From a virus, in the UHGV virus genome UHGV-1375844: a stretch of 64,000 nucleotides of DNA. One strand, 5' to 3'. Positions 47,405-56,221 of this stretch are shown in pieces. The translations under genes and the position numbers were made by a program. The first letter of the stretch is position 1. Each line of letters opens with the position of its first letter. Below the pieces are notes generated by a model. The model was not told the origin of the DNA. It worked only from the letters and a program-made list of their open reading frames with translations, and searched no databases.

Positions 47405-48745
47405 TTATAAAACATCCATGATTCTTTCGATAAACCGCATTTGTTCCAGGTTCTGTTTGACACGGATGCTCACCCCGCCCTTCTGGTTACGTGAACCAGC
47501 AAAGTAGAGTCTTGCCTCGCCTTTTGCTTCTTCCTCTTCCGTTTTGTTGATAGTGATGACCAGGTCAGCGATACGCACCTTCTCGATGTTGTCTGCTGCG
47601 TGCATCATGGTCGCCACTTCCGATGCCCCACCTTCCCTGTTTGTTTGGGATGCGGTGATGCCGGCAACGTTGTGCTTGTCGTACAGCGCACGAAGATCGG
47701 TGTAAATGCTTCGTATGTTTGCCCGGTCATCACGGAGGTCGTAGCTCGGCCGCATCAGATCGGCATAATCGACAACCACCATATCCGGGATCATGCCATT
47801 TGCCTTCATGCCACCCAGCATACGGTCAAGATCTGCAGGCGATACGCTTCCGGATGGCCGCTCAACAATCCACAAGCTCCCAACCCCTTTCGTCGCCCCC
47901 AGCTCCGCCAGTTTGCGGTGGACGTCGTCGCGGCGCTCCACCAGCTTGGACATTTCCGTCTCGGACAGACGGGCGTCGAAACGGTCTGACAGAATAGAGG
48001 TGTGTACTTCCAGCGACAGATACAGGACGTTGTAACCGGCAAGCGTGGCGTTGACAGAGAACTCACCCATCGCCGTCGATTTACCAGACTTCGCGAAGCC
48101 CATGAACAGCACCATTTCACGCTTGGCCCAGCCTTTCTGGTAAAGCAGTTTATCGAGCAGGGGGAGACCCGTTGTGATGCTGTTTGGCACGTAATCGTCA
48201 GATGCCTCGTACTCACGCGTCTTGTAACGCTCTGCTGACTCAGAGAAGTAATCGTAGATGCCGGTCGCTTCGTTAGAGCCGATTTGCTGGACTTTGGCCA
48301 TGATTGCCATCGCGCCCTGGAAATCGCCCTTCTCCTTCATCTCAGCCGCTTTGATTAGCGCGTCGTCGAACGCCACGCTTTTGGCGAACGTCGCGACCTG
48401 GTCGACCATGTACGCCGTGTCTGACAGCTTCTCAGCGAGAATCCGCTTAAACGCCTCAACAACATCGGGGAACAGCTCTTCGCGGATCGTCTTATCGCGT
48501 TTGGCGCGTTTGAGCATGTCGAGGATGGCCGACGACGAAGGTGCGCTTTTGTACATTCTGTAATAGCCAGACACCATATTCACCAGCAGGGCATTGGCCG
48601 CGTTGGAGAACTGGTTAGGTGCAACCAAATCGCCTGCACGAGTCAGAAACTCATGGTCGCGACAGAAATAGGCTGCGAGCCGGTTCTGGAAGTCGTCATC
48701 GAACTCTTCTGACAACCCTCGTCCTGTGTGGCAAAGTTCGGTCAT
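47405..48745 (-). CDS. replicative DNA helicase (DnaB-like)
   Basis: Walker A GFAKSGKST and RecA-like helicase motifs in a 446 aa protein. Confidence 0.85.
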   Translation of the reverse strand: MTELCHTGRGLSEEFDDDFQNRLAAYFCRDHEFLTRAGDLVAPNQFSNAANALLVNMVSGYYRMYKSAPSSSAILDMLKRAKRDKTIREELFPDVVEAFKRILAEKLSDTAYMVDQVATFAKSVAFDDALIKAAEMKEKGDFQGAMAIMAKVQQIGSNEATGIYDYFSESAERYKTREYEASDDYVPNSITTGLPLLDKLLYQKGWAKREMVLFMGFAKSGKSTAMGEFSVNATLAGYNVLYLSLEVHTSILSDRFDARLSETEMSKLVERRDDVHRKLAELGATKGVGSLWIVERPSGSVSPADLDRMLGGMKANGMIPDMVVVDYADLMRPSYDLRDDRANIRSIYTDLRALYDKHNVAGITASQTNREGGASEVATMMHAADNIEKVRIADLVITINKTEEEEAKGEARLYFAGSRNQKGGVSIRVKQNLEQMRFIERIMDVL

Positions 48746-48805
48746 GTGCTTTCCTTTAGTTCTTAAACAAATTGTTTTCTAATGCTAAAAAAGCCAGATA
48801 GGGGA

Positions 48806-49531
48806 TCAACAGAAACGCCGCGCTTCTTCCAGCTCTTCCGGAAAGTGGGCGTAGATAACTCGCTCAGGCACAACTTCCATGAGCCAGATGGCAGAAAAAA
48901 TTATGCGTATGCGCTTATCCCGGGTGATGCCACGTAAACGCTCCAGAACCCACTCAAAATAGCTTTCCTGAATCGGGTCGTGCTGCATGTCTCCCATATG
49001 CTTAAAACTCACCAGAGAGTCATCCAGACGGGTTACAGCGCGTTTAGCTAACTTCTCTTCGAATATCTCGATTAGCTCTGGCTGCCAGAGATGTTGTGGG
49101 CGAGGTAATTTGTCCCACAACCGGCGTGCAGCTGCGGAGAGAACGGTGGAGATGAAGTAGTCATAAGAGCAGCAATAACGATCTGCGAACTGCCTGGCTT
49201 TCCAGAGAGAAGTCTTATTGGCTGTGGATAGCTCCTGATATGGCAAACGCTTCAGGCCAGTTGTAAACGGTGCTGTCTCGAAGTGTTCACGTCCATGCGA
49301 CAGCATGATGTAGGAGTACTGCCGCTTGTATGCTTCGGTGAACAGACATGTCGCCATTAGCGGGTGCATATCGCGGTAGTCGAACCACTTGGAGTCATAC
49401 AACTCGGCCTCATCCTTACAGCGCGAAAGACCGATGTTTTCGGCCACCCACTTGTCCATGACAGCGGTGTCCCACTCCTTCATGAAGGCGTACTGGTCGT
49501 TGTCGATAGTGTTGAAGAAAATCTGGCTCAT
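48806..49531 (-). CDS. hypothetical protein (241 aa)
   Basis: ORF upstream of helicase; palindromic motif just upstream at ~49544-49566. Confidence 0.45.
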   Translation of the reverse strand: MSQIFFNTIDNDQYAFMKEWDTAVMDKWVAENIGLSRCKDEAELYDSKWFDYRDMHPLMATCLFTEAYKRQYSYIMLSHGREHFETAPFTTGLKRLPYQELSTANKTSLWKARQFADRYCCSYDYFISTVLSAAARRLWDKLPRPQHLWQPELIEIFEEKLAKRAVTRLDDSLVSFKHMGDMQHDPIQESYFEWVLERLRGITRDKRIRIIFSAIWLMEVVPERVIYAHFPEELEEARRFC

Positions 49532-49650
49532 GTGATCCGCTATGGTAGGTAGTTACTTACTTATCAAAGTGAGCGAATCATAACGACTGGAGACAGCTTT
49601 TGGAAGTGGCAACTGAAGGGAATGTGTCTGGGAAGCTCGTTGTGAAAAGA

Positions 49651-49704
49651 CCTGCTTCCGTATAAATAATAATAAGTAACTTAGTATTTATATACAGAAG
49701 CAGG
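49651..49704. repeat. ~54 bp palindromic element (copy B; inverted relative to copy A at 563-612)
   Basis: CCTGCTTCCGTATA ... TATACAGAAGCAGG stems around an AT-rich loop containing AATAAGTAACTTAGTATT. Confidence 0.6.
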
Positions 49705-49720
49705 TTATAAAATCCTTTAT

Positions 49721-50131
49721 CTATTTTTCGATAACTCTTTGTTCAACTTCTTGCATCTGCTTTTCAGTGAGACTAGAAATGTGTTGATTCAGCAACAGAT
49801 TGCGGTAGAAACTTTTTTGAGCCTCCGATAAATCCTGTCGCTTATCAATGTTTCTCAAAGCATTGCCGTAACTCTCGCTGATCGCATCACCATTGAATGC
49901 CTCAATAATGGTTTTCACATTCATAGCCAAGACGCCAAAGATAAAACAACCAGTGTTGTATACCCAGTCTACAACAAACCCTTTGGCGTACAAGAAAGGG
50001 GTTAAAATGTGAAGAATAACCCAAAGCAAAGCGCCAATTATTATTCCAAAAGCAGTTCTAAGCGGATAGCCCAAAAACAGAATATCTATTGCCCGATTTA
50101 AATTCCGACTAAAGAAATCATGATCTGGCAT
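49721..50131 (-). CDS. small integral membrane protein (2-3 TM), AT-rich
   Basis: Hydrophobic segments IIIGALLWVILHILTPFLY and GCFIFGVLAM; visibly AT-rich. Confidence 0.45.
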   Translation of the reverse strand: MPDHDFFSRNLNRAIDILFLGYPLRTAFGIIIGALLWVILHILTPFLYAKGFVVDWVYNTGCFIFGVLAMNVKTIIEAFNGDAISESYGNALRNIDKRQDLSEAQKSFYRNLLLNQHISSLTEKQMQEVEQRVIEK

Positions 50132-50762
50132 CTAAAACCCCCTTTCCCAATTCTTCCCCTGGAATTTCTTCCGAGGCAGGGGTATTAAATATTTTACGCC
50201 TTCTGCCGCTTCCACCATCATCGATCTTGTCGATATTATTTTCGATGAACTTTAAAAGCTGTATAGCCTCTGTACTATTGTTGCCGTAAAACCCTTTGGA
50301 AATACGATATGTCAGAACGCGCTCTTTCAGCTCAAGTAAAACAAAGACAACAATCCCGATAATAGTTACAATGGGGCTAAAGCCCCAAAAGTAACCCATT
50401 GAAGCACCAAGAAAAATCATCAGCACCGATAAAAACTTAACCTTAAGGAAGGTTTTTTTCTCATATAAAAGATAAAGCTCGGAAATAGTTTTCCTTTTCA
50501 AAAACTCTTGCTCTTTCTTTAAATTGTCCTCATGTTTTGCTTTTATCTCTTGTAATTTTATTCTGTACTCTTCTGATTTTATATAACTCAATGTATTACG
50601 ATACAAGAAACTACATACCATACCTATCATTGAGCCAATAACAGAAATGACACCTTGGTTTGAAATTCCCAACAACCCCATAACCTTTCCAAAGATCACG
50701 GCGGCTATAATGGCTAACATTAGACCTACGAACCATCCGAAATGTCTATTCAGGAATTTCAT
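50118..50762 (-). CDS. integral membrane protein (~4 TM), AT-rich
   Basis: Hydrophobic segments near N-terminus and mid-protein, K/E-rich loop; overlaps the downstream gene. Confidence 0.45.
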   Translation of the reverse strand: MKFLNRHFGWFVGLMLAIIAAVIFGKVMGLLGISNQGVISVIGSMIGMVCSFLYRNTLSYIKSEEYRIKLQEIKAKHEDNLKKEQEFLKRKTISELYLLYEKKTFLKVKFLSVLMIFLGASMGYFWGFSPIVTIIGIVVFVLLELKERVLTYRISKGFYGNNSTEAIQLLKFIENNIDKIDDGGSGRRRKIFNTPASEEIPGEELGKGVLDARS

Positions 50763-50766
50763 TATA

Positions 50767-51126
50767 TTAGCCTTTCTTCATCAGCTCGCGCTTGATCTCG
50801 TCTGTGCGCATCGTGACGTCAGCAGCGGTGATCGCCTCGTTCAGTTTCACAATGTCCTCGATTTCCTGCGGCGACTTCTCTGCCAGATGGTAAATGGCTG
50901 CACGAATCACGTCAGAACGGGTGAACTTCTCAAAGCGAGGGATGAATTTCATCATCTCCAGCAGATCGAAGTATTCGTCCTCCAGCGACATGGTACGGCT
51001 CTTTATTTTCTCTTTCCCACGAGTCGGGCGGCCCTGTGGTCTGACTGGCTGGCGCAACGGCGTGCTGTTTTTGGCCGGAGCATCCGGTTCTTTGCGCTTG
51101 GCAAGGTCTCCCATCTTCATGGACAT
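50767..51126 (-). CDS. putative partition centromere-binding protein (ParG/ParB-like partner of ParA)
   Basis: Small basic protein immediately downstream of parA with overlapping stop/start. Confidence 0.45.
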   Translation of the reverse strand: MSMKMGDLAKRKEPDAPAKNSTPLRQPVRPQGRPTRGKEKIKSRTMSLEDEYFDLLEMMKFIPRFEKFTRSDVIRAAIYHLAEKSPQEIEDIVKLNEAITAADVTMRTDEIKRELMKKG

Positions 51127-51791
51127 TACTCTTCCTCCAGACTCAAGATATAATCAACAAACTGTTCAAACTCGGCTTCTGCCTTCTTGTCGCGTTCGGC
51201 GCCAGTCATTTCAAAGATAGAGCGACCAGCCTCTTCTGCATCATCGTAAACGTTACGGTTGTACAAATTGACCGGTGCAGCTTCGATACCAAACGTCTCA
51301 ACGATTTCTTTGGCGGCCAGAATACGCGACACCTGGGAAGGTAGTGACGGGCACTGGTTGATAACGGCACGTATTTTCACCTTCTCGTTCACATTGCGTA
51401 CATTGTCGATAATCGGGTCGATGTCGCGCAGCGATTTCAGGTCACGACGTTTAGGGCGCAGCGGTATGACGATAACATCAGCCATCAGCATAGCTTGTCG
51501 CTGGATTTCGGAGTCGAAGCCCCCTGCGTCTACAACCACGTAATCGAAGCGCCCCTGAAGCGATTTGAGATGCTTAACGACGTCTTCCTGAACGTAAGCG
51601 AAAGGAATGAGATCGAGATCTTCATTCTGTCGACGGTCTTCGCACCAGCTGGTAGTGGTGCGCTGGATGTCGATGTCGGTAACTTGGATTTTCTTTTTCT
51701 TTTTGACTTTCAGGCAAACCGCTATTTGCTGGGCAACGGTCGATTTACCCGGGCCACCCTTCGTGCCGCCAACCACAATGATCCTAGTCAT
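51126..51791 (-). CDS. parA: ParA/Soj-family partition ATPase (small type Ib)
   Basis: Deviant Walker A VVGGTKGGPGKST; 221 aa. Confidence 0.85.
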   Translation of the reverse strand: MTRIIVVGGTKGGPGKSTVAQQIAVCLKVKKKKKIQVTDIDIQRTTTSWCEDRRQNEDLDLIPFAYVQEDVVKHLKSLQGRFDYVVVDAGGFDSEIQRQAMLMADVIVIPLRPKRRDLKSLRDIDPIIDNVRNVNEKVKIRAVINQCPSLPSQVSRILAAKEIVETFGIEAAPVNLYNRNVYDDAEEAGRSIFEMTGAERDKKAEAEFEQFVDYILSLEEE

Positions 51792-51986
51792 TGAATAGTT
51801 CCCTTTGCGTGAATTATTGTCGTATGAAACAACTTGTTTTCTTATATGCGATATAGCCTAAATGCCTACGGCTGCGGTGTAAAGGTGAAATGGTAGGTAT
51901 TATCGAGATAGAGAGGGTCTTGAGATTAAGAATGAGAAGAGGTAAACAACTTTTGGCGAGAAGGCGGCACATAGCCGCCAGACTGT

Positions 51987-52736
51987 TTATTTAGTGTATA
52001 GGCCGACAGGTGCTCTTGAGCAACGAGAGATGATTAGAACAATGAACTTCTGTACATTGACCTGAACTTTGTTAGGCAGCCATGAACTGAGTTCGGGATC
52101 GAGCAGTAACCCACGATTCCAAGGTAAAAAACCCGTGTTCTTGCCCATGCCGTATTCACCCAGCACGTCCTCGAACGTTTCTGTTTTGGCATTGTATATA
52201 CGCACATCGCCGGTACGCATGAGAGGGCCAGCCCAGATCTTAGCGCCAGGAATGGTTTGTTTATCGTCGCAGACTAAATGCTCGTACCAATGAAGAAGGA
52301 AAAGATAGGTACGGTGACACAATCCTCGCTGACGAAGCGCTCTGACGGTTTCGACCCCTGCTACCTGGTAACAGTCAATCTCGTTGCCGTCTTCAATAAA
52401 ACTATATCCACGCAGAGCTATCCTGCCGGCGATCGTGTTTTTGCTTTCGTCCAGCAGTCCGGACTGGAGCGCCTCTTTGATGATCTCTTCTTCAGGGGCA
52501 TCTTCATCAGCTCGATCTAAGATAAATTCACTCAGGTCGCCCTGGTCGTGCGCGCCGACTCGCTCCATAGAGACATACAGGCAAATGTCATCTTCTGGCT
52601 CGATGATTTCAATTTCTGAGATTTTATAGAGGGAGGCTTCGTTGATGAGAAAGCCAAAACGAGCAACACGAGTCTCCCCTTGATGAGGAAACTCGCTTAG
52701 ATCTTTTGAATATGCGGTATCTAGTGTAGGAGCCAT
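51987..52736 (-). CDS. hypothetical protein (249 aa)
   Basis: ORF only. Confidence 0.4.
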   Translation of the reverse strand: MAPTLDTAYSKDLSEFPHQGETRVARFGFLINEASLYKISEIEIIEPEDDICLYVSMERVGAHDQGDLSEFILDRADEDAPEEEIIKEALQSGLLDESKNTIAGRIALRGYSFIEDGNEIDCYQVAGVETVRALRQRGLCHRTYLFLLHWYEHLVCDDKQTIPGAKIWAGPLMRTGDVRIYNAKTETFEDVLGEYGMGKNTGFLPWNRGLLLDPELSSWLPNKVQVNVQKFIVLIISRCSRAPVGLYTK

Positions 52737-53104
52737 CTTGTAGCAGAGTCATCAGCCTTAACCGTACTGACAATGCTACCATGATTACGTAAGAAGCGGC
52801 GAATAGAATGTTCAATAACCTCCGAAAAAGCCTCGATAAAACGAGACAGCTCAGGGTACTGTTTGGCTGGCTTCACTACAAAACGAACACGACCATTCAG
52901 GTAAATTGCTTCAGCCAACGGTTTCACGCTTGCACCGGCGCGCTCGACATCGTCTTTAAAGGTAACGATGAAGCGTGAGTCTTCAGGTTCAATAGCGTCG
53001 TTATTGAGCTTACGTACTTCGAGCTTGTGCTGATGCAGCACATGAGTCTCGATAATACTCGTGCAATCGCGAATAGTTTGTATAGAACGTTTCTCGTTCA
53101 GCAT
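52721..53104 (-). CDS. hypothetical protein (127 aa)
   Basis: ORF only. Confidence 0.4.
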   Translation of the reverse strand: MLNEKRSIQTIRDCTSIIETHVLHQHKLEVRKLNNDAIEPEDSRFIVTFKDDVERAGASVKPLAEAIYLNGRVRFVVKPAKQYPELSRFIEAFSEVIEHSIRRFLRNHGSIVSTVKADDSATRWLLH

Positions 53105-53346
53105 GTGTCCACCTTAGCCGTTAACACAAGTGTCATTGCGGCACCCCTTCCGGGGTTAAAGGCTACGAGTATGCGTAGCTTGTATGTGTCCCACTTACGT
53201 GGATGCCTAATAAATCTACATCAAATTGCTAAATGGTTCAACATGAGGTTGCGTGAACAGGCGTGTATACGGGTGAAGATGCCATCTTTAGGATAAAAGG
53301 TAAATTGGAGGCGCCACATAATTTCTGGCGCCCATAAATCACCAAC

Positions 53347-53574
53347 TCAGCTCCGGTGCTCCCACTTACACAACCTTTCACCTATCGTATTGTGGATAAG
53401 CAGCTGTCGCTCTGTTTCCTCGGTCATAAAATCCTCTCTACTCACATAGATAGGATTTGCGGCATCGCAGAATTGTACGCCCAAGGTCTGGGGTTTAATC
53501 ACGCATCCACTTATCGCGAAGCTCGCGATGAATGGCAGAAGCATCCTTAGCCCTGACTTCATTAATCGTTTCAT
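53347..53574 (-). CDS. o-spanin-like outer-membrane lipoprotein (Rz1-like)
   Basis: Signal peptide with lipobox (FAISGC); overlaps the 3' end of the i-spanin-like gene in another frame. Confidence 0.55.
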   Translation of the reverse strand: MKRLMKSGLRMLLPFIASFAISGCVIKPQTLGVQFCDAANPIYVSREDFMTEETERQLLIHNTIGERLCKWEHRS

Positions 53575-53746
53575 TTTTCACATCCACTGTGTTCTGAAGC
53601 CGTTTCCTGTCGTCTTGCCGCGCCTTTTCTTCCATTGCTTGCCGCGCCGCACGACCACCCATCGTATAGGCGCCTGCAAGCACTAAAAGAACGGCAGCCG
53701 CGGTAATCAGAGCAATCTTTAGCTTCGAAAATAGGCTGCCGAACAT
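53495..53746 (-). CDS. i-spanin-like protein (Rz-like; N-terminal TM plus charged helix)
   Basis: Internal start MFGSLFSKLKIALITAAAVLLVLAG with AAAGGAA RBS; embedded o-spanin-like ORF. Confidence 0.55.
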   Translation of the reverse strand: MFGSLFSKLKIALITAAAVLLVLAGAYTMGGRAARQAMEEKARQDDRKRLQNTVDVKNETINEVRAKDASAIHRELRDKWMRD

Positions 53747-53747
53747 A

Positions 53748-54440
53748 TCAGACGATTCCTTTCTGATGCTTTCTGACCTGCGACCAGGCAATGAAGCCGG
53801 CCACGACGATAGTTGCGATCCCGAAGACGATGCGGATCGTGTCACCGCTGGTAATGTGGCCCTGTGCCTTGTCCATTGCCACCGATACCTGTGGCATGAC
53901 ATCGGCCAGCTGCGCCAGGCCAATACCTGCCGTAACGGTCGCACCGGCAGTCTCTTTGGTAACGGGAACAGCTTTTACAGTCTTTACCGGTTTGACAATG
54001 CCGGCACGTCGCAGACCTTCTTCGATAAGCTCGGATGCATACCAGGTATTTGGTGTTTTCAGCGGACCTCGACCATTTTCGTGTCTGATGATCGCCTCTA
54101 CCAGCGGTCTTAGGGTCTCGTAGTCATGTAAATCGATCACCATGTCCGGCGTGACACCAACAGCTTTGGCCACCTCATTCACGTAAGCCACAGTGTTGTT
54201 CTCATGTGGAGGCGCCCAGCGCTCAATAACTTCGCGGATCGTGTCGATGCTTGAGCCGTCTTTGGCTCGACGTTTGTCATGGTAGGTGATGAGCGTAACT
54301 GCCAATGCGCGAATCCCCCATACGGGATCTTTGAAAGTGCAGAAGCGCGGTTCTGAAGGGTTGTCGACTAAGCCCTGCCACGGCGAACCTTTATCAAGAT
54401 TGCCAGGGTTGTTGTTGCGAATACCTCTTGGAGTTTTCAT
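53748..54440 (-). CDS. putative peptidoglycan hydrolase (endolysin candidate) with C-terminal hydrophobic segment
   Basis: N-terminal RNNNPGNL motif and position within the lysis cassette; family not confirmed. Confidence 0.4.
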   Translation of the reverse strand: MKTPRGIRNNNPGNLDKGSPWQGLVDNPSEPRFCTFKDPVWGIRALAVTLITYHDKRRAKDGSSIDTIREVIERWAPPHENNTVAYVNEVAKAVGVTPDMVIDLHDYETLRPLVEAIIRHENGRGPLKTPNTWYASELIEEGLRRAGIVKPVKTVKAVPVTKETAGATVTAGIGLAQLADVMPQVSVAMDKAQGHITSGDTIRIVFGIATIVVAGFIAWSQVRKHQKGIV

Positions 54441-54451
54441 CCTTGATCTCC

Positions 54452-54775
54452 TTATTGCAGTCCATTTTTAACGCCGTAAGCGGCCAGCCCCAACAGCAGT
54501 ACGGTAATCAGGAACGACGTAATCTTTGAGACAATGCCGCCAAAAAACCCGCTGGAGATGGAGTCGAGCCGATTAAGAAGTTTGTCCAGATTTGAATGCT
54601 GGATGCTGTGTTGTGCCGGGGTCATATCGCCAAAGTAGGTCTTGAGCTGATCGTTAACTTCCTGACCAATCTCCTCGCGCAGTTCTTTGCCCAATTTGCC
54701 GACTACCTCGCGGGCAACAATCGCGGCAATGCGCTCTACCTGCTCTGGCGTTACGCCTGCCATCTCGTTCGACAT
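54452..54775 (-). CDS. holin-like small membrane protein
   Basis: C-terminal TM ITSFLITVLLLGLAAYGV; start at M5 with GGAGG RBS; first gene of the lysis cassette. Confidence 0.4.
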   Translation of the reverse strand: MSNEMAGVTPEQVERIAAIVAREVVGKLGKELREEIGQEVNDQLKTYFGDMTPAQHSIQHSNLDKLLNRLDSISSGFFGGIVSKITSFLITVLLLGLAAYGVKNGLQ

Positions 54776-54837
54776 TATTTCCTCCATGAAAAGTCAAATC
54801 GGGATGGCAGGGTTATAACACATTAGCAAACAATTTT

Positions 54838-54857
54838 GTAGGTAAGCACTTACTTAT
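54838..54857. promoter_or_regulatory. dispersed palindromic motif copy (GTAGGTAAGCACTTACTTAT)
   Basis: Upstream of the lysis cassette. Confidence 0.5.
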
Positions 54858-54865
54858 TAATGCAT

Positions 54866-55690
54866 TTAAACACGGGTGCCATGAATTGTGCCAACCGTCA
54901 CCCACGTTGGGGCATTACCATTAACAGCAGCGCCACCAGCCCCACCTGCATACGGGGTGATATTCTTCCCCCCTCCAGACTGCGAAGCAGCTGCACCAGC
55001 GGAACCCAAGTCACCACCTTTCCCGCCAACAGATGTTCCAAGGCTTGTGGAGGTATTCCCTGCACCTGGAGCCGTAAGCGAAGCATTGCTGCCGTTGCCA
55101 CCGCCGCCGCTGGGGTAGGTTTTTGTACCACCGACGCCAAATGGTCGCCCGCCGCCGCCGCCTGAATAAGTTGGTTTATTATTACCAGCCCCAACAGCGC
55201 CGCCGCCTCCACCACCGCCTCCAATAATGCCGTTATTTTGGATGCGCAGTTTGCTTCCGATGGCATTGGTGATCGCAGGACCGCCCGGCTTACCTTTGTT
55301 GGCATCGCCGTTTCCTCCACCGCCGCCATTTCCCCCACGGCCAAGCACCATTTGTCCCGAGTTAATCACAAGCAAGATATAAGCGCAGCTGGCAAGCTCG
55401 CTTGTAAAATTGAGACAGGGCGCACTGGCAGAACTCGACACAATGGTACCGGTGATGTTGACTCTGATGGCGTTGTCCTTCACGCCTAAAGACTTAATCT
55501 GATTGACTAGAGTAGACCAGGAATAGTTGTTGTTCGCTGAAACATTGATGACCTGCTCTCTGGACTTGCCTACCAGGGTTTTCATCCAGAAAGGGGCGCC
55601 AACCCGTACAGATCTGCCGGCAGCTGACATCCATCGTTGCCCAGTCTCACTTACTGCGGAGGAGCCAACCCATCCGGAGTTGATGGTCAT
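54866..55690 (-). CDS. tail fibre tip protein, glycine-rich (alternate tip 2)
   Basis: N-terminal ~25 aa (SGWVGSSAVS.TGQRWMSAAG) shared with the 57124-57681 protein; poly-Gly tracts; start at internal ATG with AAGGAG RBS. Confidence 0.55.
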   Translation of the reverse strand: MTINSGWVGSSAVSETGQRWMSAAGRSVRVGAPFWMKTLVGKSREQVINVSANNNYSWSTLVNQIKSLGVKDNAIRVNITGTIVSSSASAPCLNFTSELASCAYILLVINSGQMVLGRGGNGGGGGNGDANKGKPGGPAITNAIGSKLRIQNNGIIGGGGGGGGAVGAGNNKPTYSGGGGGRPFGVGGTKTYPSGGGGNGSNASLTAPGAGNTSTSLGTSVGGKGGDLGSAGAAASQSGGGKNITPYAGGAGGAAVNGNAPTWVTVGTIHGTRV

Positions 55691-55755
55691 TTTCTCATCT
55701 CCTTGAGTTCCATAACCTCTTTTTCGACGCTTTAACAGCTTCGACCATAATCCCA

Positions 55756-55890
55756 ATGATACCGTTACATTTCAGACGAAGGCGTTCTTCTCCTGAATGG
55801 TCGTTTTTATCGGCTGTAACCAGCTCTGGTTGCAACTTTTACATCTCGGGCGGTCAAGCTACCCGCCATCTTGCCCGACATCATTTCCTT
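55756..55890 (-). pseudogene. remnant 3' end of a tail-fibre gene (intramolecular chaperone C-terminus)
   Basis: ~80% nucleotide identity by eye to the last ~130 nt of the 57681-61880 gene; in-frame stop upstream leaves ~45 codons. Confidence 0.5.
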
Positions 55891-55940
55891 AATGAAAGTC
55901 AGTTCAGATGGCAGGTAATACTATACTTTTTTTACCGGTC

Positions 55941-55962
55941 TATAGGTAAGCACTTACCTATA
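55941..55962. promoter_or_regulatory. dispersed palindromic motif copy (TATAGGTAAGCACTTACCTATA)
   Basis: Near-perfect palindrome between the lipoprotein gene and the tail-fibre remnant. Confidence 0.5.
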
Positions 55963-55975
55963 TAACAAGCTAATT

Positions 55976-56221
55976 TTAGGATTTTGGGCAGTTGATGGAG
56001 GTGAACGCCCCTTGCCCCACCCAACGCCAGTTAAAAATACTCCCGGCCCGATAAAGCGTATACTTACCTTCTTTCTTGATCGCATAAATTGGCACACTCG
56101 TTGACGAACCGCCAACCATTGCCTTCCCATAGCAAACAGGCTCTGGTAATTTTTGACAGGCGCTCAATGTAAGTGTTACGCCTAGTAATAAAACTAATTT
56201 CTTCATTTTATATTCCATCAT
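55976..56221 (-). CDS. lipoprotein (signal peptide plus lipobox), superinfection-exclusion candidate
   Basis: MKKLVLLLGVTLTLSAC lipobox; 81 aa; sits beside tail-fibre tip genes. Confidence 0.55.
   Translation of the reverse strand: MMEYKMKKLVLLLGVTLTLSACQKLPEPVCYGKAMVGGSSTSVPIYAIKKEGKYTLYRAGSIFNWRWVGQGAFTSINCPKS

Noticed and set aside
51690-51710. A/G-rich tract (aaaaagaaaaagaaaa) inside parA as a possible slippage or phase-variation site
   Set aside because: It encodes an in-frame poly-Lys segment and is not a pure homopolymer; no evidence of frameshift.
55756-55965. Plus-strand 69 aa ORF
   Set aside because: It overlaps the tail-fibre 3' remnant and a palindromic motif copy; the minus-strand remnant reading explains the region better.
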